From Rhodosorus marinus CCMP1338 (taxonomy: Eukaryota; Plantae; Rhodophyta), in assembly GCA_029953675.1 (NCBI GenBank), contig JAMWBK010000010.1:248001-312000 (forward strand): a DNA stretch of 64,000 nt. The letters run 5' to 3'. Positions within the stretch are counted from its first letter, which is position 1; each line of letters begins with the position of its first letter. The translations under genes and the position numbers were made by a program. The notes below the pieces were generated by a model that saw only the letters and a list, made by a program, of their open reading frames with translations, ran no database searches and was not told where the DNA came from. Of this stretch, positions 1-12,448 are shown in pieces.

Positions 1-23
1 ATCATTTGGCCCGCTTCCCGATT

Positions 24-722
24 TTACAATAGGTCGATGGAACCAGACTCCACCAGATCTCGGACCGGTTTATATCGTAGGCAATAGACATCACCGGCAC
101 CCAAGTACAGCGCTTGGTCCGTAGGGTCATCGCTAATGGCCGTTGTACCCACGTTCTTCTTTACGTGGCAAAAGACAAACCGATTGAGTGCGGGGCCAGG
201 ACTCATATCAACGTCACCATCTCTATCATCGACACTTCTGAGCTTTTCAGGAAGTTGGTCGAGAAAAGACGACTGAAAATGCGCTTCCATGAGCTTCACG
301 AAGTTCTCCGCGTATTTAAACTCGTCAGTAGACAAGCGGCTTCGATACAATTCATCATGCAACGTCCTTTTGGCTCTGTGTTCGATTTTGAGTAGTCTGG
401 ACCTCAAATAAGCCCTTAGGAGATACTTCACACGTCCGATCTCGATCTTTCGCAAGTGGAGCCCAAGTGAGTTTCTGGAAGGACCCGATGACCTGGCAAG
501 TTCTTCCTCGTCAATGAGAGCATCTTGGACCTCAATAACCTCCTTCAATTCATGCACTAGGCTTGTCTCGAAAGGAAGAATCTCAGGCGAGAATTTTTCG
601 TTCAGCATTGCCCGCTTCAGCTTGCGAATCTCCTGAGAGATTTCAGTGCTAATATCATCCTCCTGCGCCCAATCCTCCGGAAGGACGTCTGCCTCCTGTG
701 TCCCATTCTCCTCCATCCCCAT
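24..722 (-). CDS. SLD5: GINS complex subunit 4 (Sld5), intronless
   Basis: Motifs LNEKFSPEILPF, IEIGRVKYLLRAYLRSRLLKIE and C-terminal PALNRFVFCHV...GDVYCLRYKPVRDLVESGSIDLL are typical of Sld5. The ORF-track start at 749 is TTG; the first ATG is at 722. Confidence 0.9.
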   Translation of the reverse strand: MGMEENGTQEADVLPEDWAQEDDISTEISQEIRKLKRAMLNEKFSPEILPFETSLVHELKEVIEVQDALIDEEELARSSGPSRNSLGLHLRKIEIGRVKYLLRAYLRSRLLKIEHRAKRTLHDELYRSRLSTDEFKYAENFVKLMEAHFQSSFLDQLPEKLRSVDDRDGDVDMSPGPALNRFVFCHVKKNVGTTAISDDPTDQALYLGAGDVYCLRYKPVRDLVESGSIDLL

Positions 723-2084
723 ACCGTTTCCAAACCTTTGCCTCTTCAAATTTCGAAGAATTATCTTATCCTCCAGAAGAACTATGCCTCACCTCACGGT
801 ATGCACATCAACCCCGCAACTTTGATGCCATTGGCGAACCACAGAATGCTGTACTTCGTTTGGAGAACCCGATCGGTTGGAGCTGAGGGCCACACTCTAA
901 TCCAGAGAGAATGGGAAGTCTCAACTCCAACAGCGTTCCAAATAACGAACAAGCTAACTCCCACTGAAAACACACCCGGCCCCAACTCTTCAGCCAAAAA
1001 TTAACAGAAAAAATCTGCGGCTCACTCTCACACAAACCTGCTCAGCAGCCACTGCCAAACCCATCCACACCGTCCCCCTCCAAGCCTCTTCAACGCTAAC
1101 CACGACGTCTGAAATAACTATTCAACCCTCTCCTCACTTCAACAGCAAGCCATTCCCTTCAACTCTCAAAACCGCAGAAACGTCTATCCTCGCTGCCTTC
1201 AACGAAAAGCCAATCCCTTCTCATCCACGTTTATTAGGCACCCTACACCCGTTCGTTCTCTACACAAACCCAAACCTACCCGCATCCAACTCCAACTCCC
1301 CCTTCCCTCCCCCTCCCACTCACCCCCACTAATTTAGTCCAAACAAAAGCCACTTTCATTCCTAACCGTTCCCCCCCTCTCTCCGGGTTGGAGATCGTGT
1401 CACAGAAGCAGACATCGATATTTGGGTTACACACACCCACATCCACCCCCCGTCATCTTCTACACCATCAACAACAAGAAAGTGACTTAACGTCAAAAAA
1501 TCTATATATATATTATTTAAATATCTTCAAGAGAGAAATTAAAAATGGGAGGATTTTTGGAAGGTTTGATATGAAAAGAATATCTTCGTATTTCGAATTG
1601 ATTCTCGAGATATGTAGTATTTTATTTCTTTTATACTCTATATTAGGATTATGAAAATAGGTAATAAGTTTGAGAAAAGATTTAAATTGGTGATTTGGAT
1701 TTTGTTTTTTACAAAACAGGGTTTGATCAATGGTCGTTGTTTGGATGCATATTGTTCTTGTCGATTTTACCGGGAAAATGGTTGTGGCCATGTTTATTTC
1801 CAGTTGTCTATTCCTCAGAAGTTTCTCTGCTGACCCTGAAGCATGATTGTCTTTGATTCCTCCATTTCTCAGAGACCGTGGCTGGTGCTAAAAAAAAGGA
1901 GCAGGAAACCGGTCTAGTCTCGATTTTGTGTACGACGTTCATAGGACCAGCTACTGGATAGACCTAGAAGCTATTCGCTAAGAAATTTATTCTGCATTGT
2001 ACAATCCGAAACTCTCGAAGATGTAGCACGCTTCCAGACAATTCACGACATCGAAGCTGGGCGAACGCGAAAAACCCCACAAGC

Positions 2085-3478
2085 CTAGTACACATAAGGA
2101 ATGATTCGATACTGAACTTTCTTACAGTACTCCGTCCAGTATGGCCCATACTTCTCACTGCATTTTCGGTCATCACGCCCGGCGCGATGGAACAGGAGTA
2201 TGGTGAGGAAGATGACGTAGAAATACGGGAGAATCAAACCATGTCCGATAGGGCAGGCCCAAAAGACCGATGCCAAAATTTCGGGGACATAGTGGAAGTG
2301 CCTTGTTACGCCCCAAAACCCAGAGCACAGGAGTATATTCTTTTTCTTCTCTGTTTTACCCTCGCGAGTCTCTGTGTACTCCGCTCGAATGATTTCTGCC
2401 TTCTTGCCTGCTCGTACGAAGGTGGTAGGTGAGAGGCTGTGACAGAGCAGAAAACTCTACATTGCGATGGCAGCTTACCCCAAATCTTGCAGTCCCCATC
2501 GGATTCCCTGACTTTCATTCGTTGATAGTCCGCCCAGTAGTTCACGAATATGCACACTACACCAGCGACAAAGATAAACGCACCTACTGGAGCAGAGTAG
2601 TTATACGGATACTTGGTGAGAAACAACGTATGCACCGTGTATGTGCTGGGCAAATAGCAGAGGCATCCCCAGCAGATGTAGTAACCACCTCTATCGTGCA
2701 TGATGTCCGTCGTGCCCATATAGCCCCTCTCCCAATAGAAGAACTTGGCACAGTAGATCAGCTGCAATGCAACAGAGAGCCACATAGAGTTGGAGATCTC
2801 GCCGTAGAGTTCTCTCTGCTTTGCAGCAAAGCAGAGAGGCAGCAGAGGCCAAGTCATCATCCCAAAGCGGCAGTTGGTAAACATCTTTATGTCAAAATGC
2901 TTTCCAATCCGGGGGTAGAGCTCAATTCCTCGATAGTAATCGGCGACGAAGATACCATCAAAATGATTGTCGGTTGAGCTGGGGAACGTCCGACCTTTTA
3001 TGTACAGGAACAAGCAGAACACCAAGGCGAACACGTTCATCTCGACAATCGCGGCCAAGTAGTAGTCGTACACTAGAGCGAGGTTGAACCATCCGAGCTG
3101 CTCGGAGATGAGGTACGCCGTTAACAAGGTGATGATGTAAGCTGTGAGACCCGTATCACGATACTTCGGAACGTGGCCGGTTACTGTCTTTGGTCCATCA
3201 TATTTCTTCCCCGGAAGCCCCAAAAGCAGCACAAGCTCAAACGCCATAAAGCAGACGAGCATAACAAAGGCATTCCATCCATTCTTTTGAAGTTCTTCGC
3301 CGACGATTTGAAGGGCTTTCCCACTAGAGACGGATTCGATCAAACCTGAGATGGTGCCGCCCTCATGTATGTGGCAGTACACCTGCAGAATAGCAAACGG
3401 GATCGACCAAACCATGATGAACGTCGGTCCAATATAGTTCCCAACTAGAGGGCTCCCAATAATCGACTCGGCACCCAT
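2085..3478 (-). CDS. DWF5: 7-dehydrocholesterol reductase (sterol delta-7 reductase, ERG4/ERG24 family)
   Basis: YYRGIELYPRIG, FDIKMFTNCRFGMMTW, TTDIMHDRGGYYICWGCL, RHFHYVPEIL and C-terminal RDDRKCSEKYG.YW..YC..V.YRIIP. One intron (GTAAGC donor near 2453) joins the two ORF-track pieces. Confidence 0.93.
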
Positions 3479-4517
3479 TTTCGAGAACAACTCAAACTCG
3501 AACTTCAATACCTTCACCAGGCAACCTATGCCCTACGCCCGCAGTCTAGATATCAACACCCTCTCCTCAGTCCGCAAAGACATGACCATCACACAAAATA
3601 ACCCCCCCCTCTTCCCGCCCCCTGCCCAAACATCCAGCAACCCCTCGATCCCCGTCCCCTCACTCCACTATCAAAATGCTCCAACCATTTGCGGTCGAAC
3701 GAATCACTTCTTCTCCTTGAAAAAAGAAACATGAAAGAATAGACTTGGAATCCGCCCGCTCTACCAGAGGAGCGCTACTGAAATAGTGCCTTATCTCTCT
3801 GTCCCGCCTGGCGAAGAAAGAAAATTCATGAAATCGCGTCGGACATAATGAAGTAAACAACATTTACGGAAATTCTCAAAATAGTTTATTAGTCTATGGA
3901 CGTAGTAACTATTCAGTTGCAGCGGCTTCTGCATCCGTGCATTTTGGGTATATAGACCAGCATCGAACGAAGATCACAGTTGACCTGTGTCCGGGTTGGC
4001 GATTTGTACAGACAAGCAACTTGTGTTTGGTTTCCTGGAAAACTAGCGAAACCCGAGGTGGTGTTGTACGAGAGGGAACGGGGAGTCGTAAGCTACATGT
4101 AAAGTGCGCGGAAAGTTGAGCAGTTGGGTCAGGAGAAGAATCTTGAAAGCAGAAAGGACAGTGATGCATTGGGGCCTTTTAATTGTCCACTATTAGTGGT
4201 TTAAGAGATATCGGGATGTGTATTGGCAGATGGCAAATATTGGTTCCTGCTCTCGTGCTTTAAGCGAGTTCATGGCTGTATTGAATTGTTGACACCCGCT
4301 GCCTCTCAAACTTCCTCTCGGAGCAGTGGAGAGACCCTCCCAGATTCCACTTTTCCTTTTGTTTCGCTAAACGTGTGCGTGACAATAAGTATCCGATATT
4401 TGGTTTACCTGGAAACATCGAGGCTGTCGTTTATGCATTGAAATTTGCCTCGATGAGGAAATAAATTAGGTCGAAAACTACGTGAGTTATGAGAGCTTCC
4501 GCCAAAGCAAATGAAAG

Positions 4518-5858
4518 CTAAAGGTCAGGCTCGTCCTCCTGCGGAGCGGCAGAGGATAGCTTGGCGAGAGTATGCGCAAGCGCTAAAACGCCCTTTGAGA
4601 TTGCTTCCTCTGAAGCGTATTCATCGGGACGATGAGATATACCATCACGGCAAGGTATGAAGAGCATCGCAGTTGGGAACTTTGCCGCAATGAAGAGCGA
4701 GTCATGATAAGCTCTGGAAACCATCCGCTGATGGGAAAAATTAAGCTGGTCCGCTGAGTCCTCGAGAGCCCTGACCAGTTCCACAGCCGAGTCCGCTGGT
4801 GAGTCCTTGTTTAAAACTCGAACAGAGTGCTCAACTCTGCGGGCTGTTGCGATTTCAGCGGCCCTGCTGATGATGATCTCAAGAACACTGTCCCGTCTCT
4901 GTTCATCGATGTCCCGCACGTCTATACCAAGCTTTGCATGGCGCGGGACGCTGTTCACAGTATTAGGTGCAATGTCGAAGCTCCCGGTAGTTACAACCGT
5001 ATCCCTTGTGCCCTTCGCAAGCGCGGCCTTCTCAGTTTCAATTGCAAGTTCAGCTCCAGCAAGAAGTGCATCGTTCCTGAGATGCATGAGGAGTGCACCG
5101 GCATGACCTCCATCGCCCTTAAAAGTCACCTCGAGCTGGGCGGGTGCAGCAATGGCAGTCACGACACCGACATCGATTCCTCCCTTCTCTAACTCGGGGC
5201 CCTGTTCTATGTGAAGTTCTATGAAGCCGTCGTAATAAGATTCGCTCAGCTCAATGTTTTCAAGCTTGTCCGTGTAGCCCGCCGCAAACCTTGCTTGATC
5301 GAAGGATGTGTTGTTAACGTCAAGCAATTTCATCAGGTCCAGAGGCTTCAAGACGCCTGTCAACGCGCGCGAACCCAAGCAGCCTATCCCGAAGCGAGTC
5401 GGCTCCTCCGAAGTAAATACAAGAATTTCAATGGACCTCACGGGCCGAAATCCGGAGCGCTTCAGGGCTCTGATTGCCTCAAGTGCGCCGACAACACCGA
5501 CAGTTCCGTCGTACATCCCAGAGAACGGAATCGCATCGCAATGAGAGCCAGTTCCGATCGCCGGTGAGTCAGCCGACTTGCCAGGCCATCTGGCGAAGAT
5601 ATTCCCTATCGCGTCCTCGCGGATGACCAAGCCCTCCTCCTTGAACAGCCGACGTAAGTAATCCCTGGCATCTAAATCTGACTGTGTGTAGAGAATCCTA
5701 GTAACGTCCGGAGCAGCGGTATCGCTGAAACGCCGCAGCTCCTTTAGCTCACTCTCCACACGCGACCCATCAACTTCCAGCCGCAACGACGCCGCCCACA
5801 CCCAATTTTCTACAACCAAACACACAAAAAATACAACCCATTGCCAGATTCCACTCAT
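4518..5858 (-). CDS. UAH: Ureidoglycolate amidohydrolase (M20 / allantoate amidohydrolase family) with N-terminal signal peptide
   Basis: 446-aa intronless ATG ORF with GSHCDAIPFSGMYDGTVGV, FTSEEPTRFGIGCLGS, ELHIEQGP, GGHAGA, SRAYHDS and ISHRPDE. These motifs match plant UAH as I recall it. The N-terminus is hydrophobic. Confidence 0.88.
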   Translation of the reverse strand: MSGIWQWVVFFVCLVVENWVWAASLRLEVDGSRVESELKELRRFSDTAAPDVTRILYTQSDLDARDYLRRLFKEEGLVIREDAIGNIFARWPGKSADSPAIGTGSHCDAIPFSGMYDGTVGVVGALEAIRALKRSGFRPVRSIEILVFTSEEPTRFGIGCLGSRALTGVLKPLDLMKLLDVNNTSFDQARFAAGYTDKLENIELSESYYDGFIELHIEQGPELEKGGIDVGVVTAIAAPAQLEVTFKGDGGHAGALLMHLRNDALLAGAELAIETEKAALAKGTRDTVVTTGSFDIAPNTVNSVPRHAKLGIDVRDIDEQRRDSVLEIIISRAAEIATARRVEHSVRVLNKDSPADSAVELVRALEDSADQLNFSHQRMVSRAYHDSLFIAAKFPTAMLFIPCRDGISHRPDEYASEEAISKGVLALAHTLAKLSSAAPQEDEPDL

Positions 5859-7047
5859 CTATATCCTAATCCTCCACCCGCAGCGAACTAGACGCTCAAC
5901 AACAAACAGAAAACACCCACATCTGGCCCAATCCAAACACAGTATCCCCTCACTTGCCTTTCGCCCAGAACTACCCCCCCCAAGGCCCGTTACCACATCC
6001 TTGACGCAGGCTCCTTGCACATAACAGCCTTTGCGGATTGATATAAGAATAAGAGACCAGCAAGCACCACAACAAAAACTATCAGATACGTCCCAAGCCA
6101 TCCCAATTCACCTTCCCCGCACTCTCCCACCCCCCCCAAAAAAACGCTCCCAAGCCAAAACTCTACGAGACCCCAAACTCTCATTCCATAAACCGATTGA
6201 ATCAATCAATCATCGAGGGTAGATGATTGATTTATTGATTTTCAATCGTTTTCATGAAACTGATTTTTTTTTTGGAAAAGAAATTTTCATATCCTCCAAT
6301 GGCATGCATCTTTTTTTCCTTTTATTTTTTGTATGAAACTTGGCGTTAAGCAACGGAAATCTCAAGATGCGGATTTTCAGGGTCATTTTAATGAGGTTTT
6401 GGACGATGGAATAATTTGTAACTGTTGGGCCTTTATTTTTCTGATGGGGAAAAAGGTGGACGGTTTGGGTGACCGCGTCGAAACGTTGACGGGTAAGGAT
6501 TACGTGATATGTTCAGAACTGTGTCTTGGATTTTTGTGTTGCTTCGATTGGAGTATTAGAGAGGTTGGCGAGAGCGACGATTTTTTGCTGAGGGTACTGA
6601 GGATACGATCGACGGCGACTGCGAACTGCTGCTGGCTAGCGGAGTGGTTTTTTCATTGTGGAGGCTGGCCAATCTGAGTTATCACATTTGCCAGAAAACG
6701 GCTTTTTGGGGTGGGCTGGAGTTCTTGGAAGCATATCTTGGGGATTTTGGCAATAGGCTGAGGCGGTTGTGCGTTTCTGCTAAGAGACTTCCTCATGATG
6801 CTGTTGTGCTAGGAGAGGGTGGTGGCGGGGCGTGAGGCAAACTGAGAGAGTCGGAATCCTATATTGTGTGACATACTTTAGAATTGGCCAGTATAGATGA
6901 GGTAGTTATGCGTGAGTTGGGAGTGTACTAACAGGGCTCAAAGAAGTGAAGCGAAGACCGTTGTTTACAATGTTCATGGAGTGTGGTCACTCCTGAACCA
7001 GGATATTGTGTGTCTTGTTTGACCATGTGTCGAGAAAGCTGCAAGGG

Positions 7048-10000
7048 ATGGTCTCCGGTACCAGCGTGCAGTATGAAAGTGCAAAAGCTGATCCAGTAGT
7101 TGGCGACCCGAGCGGTTACCTCCTTTGCGCATTGTCGTAATGGGGGTAGCGCACTTGAGCGCAGGGTCCGAGCATGCTGAATGGCATGTACTTGGGAGAC
7201 TGACGATAAAAGGCGTAGCAGTTTGGGGGATATTCGTTCTTCTTGCGGTTCTAAGACTACTTCTCAGGCAGCTTTTGAACACACCCTTTGTGCGTAAGCA
7301 GTACAAGAGCGTGAAGTCGGCGATTGAGTTGGAACATCACAAGTCAGCACAAAGCCGTCTGGATCTGGGTCGCAGTCGCGGACAACATCACCATCACCAC
7401 CATCATCTGCATCGCCGTCATCACCACCATCGCTCACTGGGCCGGCATCAATCCAGTAGCGGCAGGTCTCCCGGGCTGACACCGAGTACGAACGAGGACA
7501 GCGACTCGAGCCATGGATTCGCTGCGGACAGATCGAACACTGCGCAAGTAAGCCTTCAATCTTCTTACGGAAGCATTGGACAATCGAAAATCGGCTCCGG
7601 CGCATCGGCATTCTATGAACACGATGTGGACTCGCGCCGGTTTTCTCGCCGTCATTCGCAGCGTTCACACAATCCAAGATCGGTAGCTCACGGCCACCAC
7701 CATAGAATTCGGAATAATACCTTCCGAGCGCTTCTGCATCCATCCTCCAATTCAAAAGAGAGTTTTTGGAGAAGGTTTCGACTGCAGACATTGCAGATAC
7801 TGCTCGAAACGGCGCGCTTTTGCGCCGGGCAAAGGAGGCATTTCGTGAAGTGGTTCACTTTTAGGCTCGAGCTTGCATTCAACGTGACCCACGTTGCGCT
7901 TTCTTCTGTAGTCTGCTGTCTTTACGTCTATGAAAGCTACGAGGGTAGAATCTATCTTTCTCTCTACATTGTACACGTGATGTGCGCTATCTTCTTCACA
8001 GCGTACACGGTTCTCAACTGGCATGTCAGCGAGAGGTACGGGAGTCACGATCCCAGATTCTTGTGTTAATCTAACTATTATCGAACGTGCGTTTCCTCGC
8101 GTGTCCTTCAGGCCGCTGACTCACCTGTTGACTTTGGAGGTCTTCCTGGAGGTCTTTACGTTGCCCTCGCTCTTCCTGTGCACTGGAGAGCGATGGCTTA
8201 ACTTCAACTTCCTTTTCGCCTTCTTCATACTAAGCAAATTCGTCAGATTCGATGAGGAAATTGTCCTGTTTAGACAGGCACGTCTTCGGCGTAGCGTCGC
8301 TTTCCGCCTCTGGCTTGATGAGCCACGCTCGTATCTGAAAGAACCTCTTTCTCGCGCCTTCACGTTTTCTGCAGAAACCGCTCGTCCTGAGGCTGTCGAT
8401 GAGACTCGCGTTGAGATTTTTCGCGTTCCTATTCATCGCCTCGTGTGGTATTCAGCTCCTTGAGCTGATCGGAGACTCCACCAGATCAGATTCTGAGGTA
8501 TACGAACTCACGTGGGTCAATGCGTTCTATTTTGCTGTTATTACTTTGATGACTGTCGGCTACGGTGATTTCGTGGCGTACACGATACTTGGTAGGCTGT
8601 GGGTCGTTGTCAATGCTCTGTAGGTTATCCTCAATGGGAAAGTTGGCAACTCAAAACGAAGCCCGCTGACGATAGACCGCTGTTTGGGTTCAATGACTTC
8701 TTCCTTTTATGTATCCAGCCTCGCTGCTTACCTTGTGACAAGATCCATTGGACTCCTGGTAGATAATCTCGCCCGACGACCCCGGGGTGAGAGCTCTCTT
8801 CTGATGTTTGGTGATAGTGATCATGTGATTCTATGCGGTAGCGTGAAATGGGAGCAACTGCTGCAGTTCGTTAAGGAATTCTATCGCGGGTCGGACAATT
8901 ATTTTACCAAGGTTGTAGTGCTCTGCCCAGACGGGCCTTGGAGCGACGAAAAGTGGCGAAAGTACGGAAACACCCCATAGTCCGCTCCCTTTCCGGGGGG
9001 TCCTGGTTCAGAGCGGGGATCGCAATCGACTCTCCACACGTGCTAACGGAACCAATGGCTTGACTGATTCCGCAGGCAAGTTTCTAGGAATGAAACGTTT
9101 CGAAACAACGTGGTGTACATAGACGGAAGCGTTTACGAGGATCGAGATATGGAGAGGTCCCGGGCGGACTGTGCACGTGCCTTTTTCGTATTCGCAACCT
9201 TGCGAGAGAAGGACGATTCTAGAGAAGACTCAAATAATCTGAAGAGGTGAAGGAAACCGATCGCAAAAGCGAGGGAATTCCTCTTCCGTCTTCGGGGCAA
9301 TGCCTTGCGATATCGGCGCTGACTTTTTCCTTCCTGATGCTTGCGTTCTTACTTTTCAGGATACTCGCCATCAGGGAATACTCGTCGAACGTTCCCATTT
9401 ACGCTTTGAACGCTCATCCAGAGTCAAGCTTCCAGTTCCGTTTTGCAATGCAGCCGACGAACACCGACGAGGAGGACGACTTCAACATGAGGCGCTCGAC
9501 CTTAAGTATACTGGGAAGGTCGCGCTCATCCATTTTCGGGCAACGTAGCAGCCAACCTTCGATTTGGGGTTTGGATGGACAGCGTACGAGGATCTAGCAA
9601 GAGACTGCGACTTTTAAAGCATCGTTGTTTCGATTGACTCATTTTCAGCTGCTTCGTCGAAACAGGGGCGCGTAGGAGTACCTCCATGTGTCTCAGGGAA
9701 GTGGAGATGACTTTGTTCACTGAAAACATATTCTGCAACGGGTTCAGTAGTCTCGTGACAAATCTTGTATGTCACTCGGAAAGTTCGGTCTCTATCAACG
9801 ATAAGTATGCCGGCCTTGGGAAGAAACAAGATCGCATGAAATCTCGCGCTCATCTCACACCATTGTCCTTGTTAGGCCTTGGATGGTGGAATACAAGATC
9901 GGTGCTGCATGCCGACTTCAGAGTGCCCAACTACCGGCCGGGTTGTGGGGCAGAACTACAGGCGAGATTGCAATGAGCTTGTATGACTGCGGACTCATTC

Positions 10001-12448
10001 TTCTCGCAGTTCGCAGTGCTGAAACTTGGAAGATACTAGAGCCAAGTATGACCATTCCGAAGCGCTCAACGGGCATGTTCATTTCATACTTATCCGTGAG
10101 CTTGCCGAAAGACCTTCCCCATTTGTCCTTTTTGGATGGCACTTACAGGGTGCCAGAAAAATTCGTTTTGATCGTGCGATAGGGTGAGTCGCTCGTGAAG
10201 GCTGTGGACTGTACATCCGGATTTTGGGGGGCCTCTGACGGCTCGGGCTCCAGCAGTAGCGATAATCTTTTCTCATCATCATCTGAGGATGATTCGAGTA
10301 CCACCGCAAACTCCATATCCACGACGATCTCCTTCGGTGGATTCCAGTCTGACGGAGAATCTCATTCCAGCGGCGAAGCCGGAATGAAAAAAAGACGATC
10401 TTCGTTTGACTCTTTGATTCTCCGCAAGGTGTTGCATAGCGACTCACATCGAAACTCGGTATGGTTAACTGCCGCGGCAACTCAAACTGTTTCCGTGCGA
10501 GGTACCAAGGTTTCACGTTTCTGCCGATTAAACGTTCATTCGCCCGTTTCACGTTCTTAGGGACCATCAACACCTCGCTCGAGAGCCCCGGAAAGGAAAG
10601 ATCGAGGCCTGGAGCCCCGGTCTCGACACATAGGCTTCGACCTGAGCAAAGGCTTGAGCTTAGCGGGCGTTAACAAAAGAGCTGACAATTCGAAGAAGGG
10701 GAGAAAACTCAAGGTCCATTCTAGGTTTGAGGAGCTGCCTGTTCGCTTGAAGGAACACATTCTCATATGCTTCAACGAGAGCAGGGGCCTTGGCACCCTC
10801 GAGCTTTTGCTCGGAAGAATCTGGACTCTCGCGAAGAGGCGAGGTTCGGGAAAGGTTCCAGTCGTAGTCATCAATGAGCACTTCCCGCCGAAATTCGAGA
10901 GCAGGTTTGCCAGGCACAGTCGTGACCTGTTCCTCGTTCGCGGAAATGGTCAATCGTTGGACTCTTTGAGGCAAGCGCAATTGCAGAAAGCAATGGCGGT
11001 GATTATTAGCTCGCCCGATGTGAATCCTGGGGATCTTGACTCAGCAGCGGACTCAAGCGTCATGTTCACCATTATGACGCTGGACTTCCTCCTTGGGGAG
11101 AACTCTGATACTTTTGTTTGCGGCTTTATTGGCTCCGAGGAGTCCATGGAGGTAGGCTTTTGAGATCGCGAAATCTGTAACTGCCATGCTGCACTGGACC
11201 CGCACCGCGGTTGAAGAAGCAAGCTGAAGCTCTGCTATCTCTTGCCAGGTCTTCCCCGCACCCAACCACGCCAGAAGAAGACGGAAAGCTTTGGGGCTGA
11301 AGACGGACTCTGCGGCGGTACCAGTGGACGCGCAGTCGGGAGAGCCGGGTTCTCAGGTTGGCGGTAGATCCTCTTTAGCGCTGCACCGCACCTCCTCTGT
11401 GCCCGAACGCATGGACCGGGCCAGTGCACCCCTCATAATGCAATCCATGACTCTGCCGAATCTGAGGGCTCTATTTGCTCCACCTGAAGGCGATGAAGCC
11501 TCACCTTTGCGGCTTGTAAGTGCAGATTAACGACTAACATAAGCAGACCAACGAGGAAGTTTATGTACATATTCCTTCTCGCTCGATTACTAGGGACTAC
11601 CGCCCCGAAACCGAGAAAGGTTCCTCGACCTGAGCGAGTTTCTGTCGGAATCAGATGAGGAGGAGCACTTTGAGAGGAGAGACTTCAGAGCAAAGACTGG
11701 AGTGAAGGAGGAAGGCGTTGAACGACAAAGGTTTGACCTGCTTGAACAATTTGCTGCCCTCATCTTGCTTCCCTGGTCATGCAGTTGCCAACCCTTTCGT
11801 TTCCACATTCCCATAGGTATGCATCCGGAGAACTGATGATTCCCTGGTTAGCATCTGCTGCGATTGTGCGAGAATTTAACGAGCCTGGGTTCGCAAAGCT
11901 GCTTGAGGATCTTATTGGCTGCGGGCAGAAGGATTCCTCATGGATTCAACTTGTGCGGGTCGCGCCTAACTGTGCCGGTAGGACATATCGCGCCGTAATG
12001 GAGACCTTACTGGCTCATGGCGTCATTGCTATTGGGCTCTATAGATGTGTAGATGCTCCAGTTCGGCTGAACGACTCGCAAGAGCTGAGCGTATCCGGCA
12101 GTTCCCGAGCGAGTGCGAGGCGAAGTGACGGCCTCAACCTTAGCCTTGGCGAGACAGCATACTTGTAAGTGTTTCCACACCTGCGCAAACTATCTGGCCG
12201 GACAGCAGGCGAGCTCATTTGTGCGCTGGGCCTTTTGCTGCAGGCTTGCTGGTTCGCCTATGATCTCGAATGAAACCTGTTATACATGCCCGACGACAAA
12301 GGGCAAGTACTTCTTCCATACTCCCGTGGGAGGGGAGAACAAGTTGCCTTATGTCTACACGAATCCCCAGCCGTTCACATTGGTAAGCGACCGGGACGCT
12401 GTGTACTGTATTGCAAACCCGAGCATCGATCTTCCAGACGAGTGGTAG
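7048..12448 (+). CDS. Slo/BK-like (RCK-domain) potassium channel, multi-exon; start codon uncertain
   Basis: Pore helix and filter NAFYFAVITLMTVGYGDF; S5 ending GIQLLELIGD; RCK1 start DHVILCGSVKW; RCK2 EHILICF...SLRQAQLQKAMAVII; RYASGELM; C-terminal IAIGLYR and LPYVYTNPQPFTLVSDRDAVYCIA, which match Slo-family C-termini. Confidence 0.85.

Noticed and set aside
3909-4169. 86-aa ATG ORF MHHCPFCFQD… resembling a zinc finger
   Set aside because: Only one CxxC, with no convincing second ligand pair or family match; unsupported without expression data.
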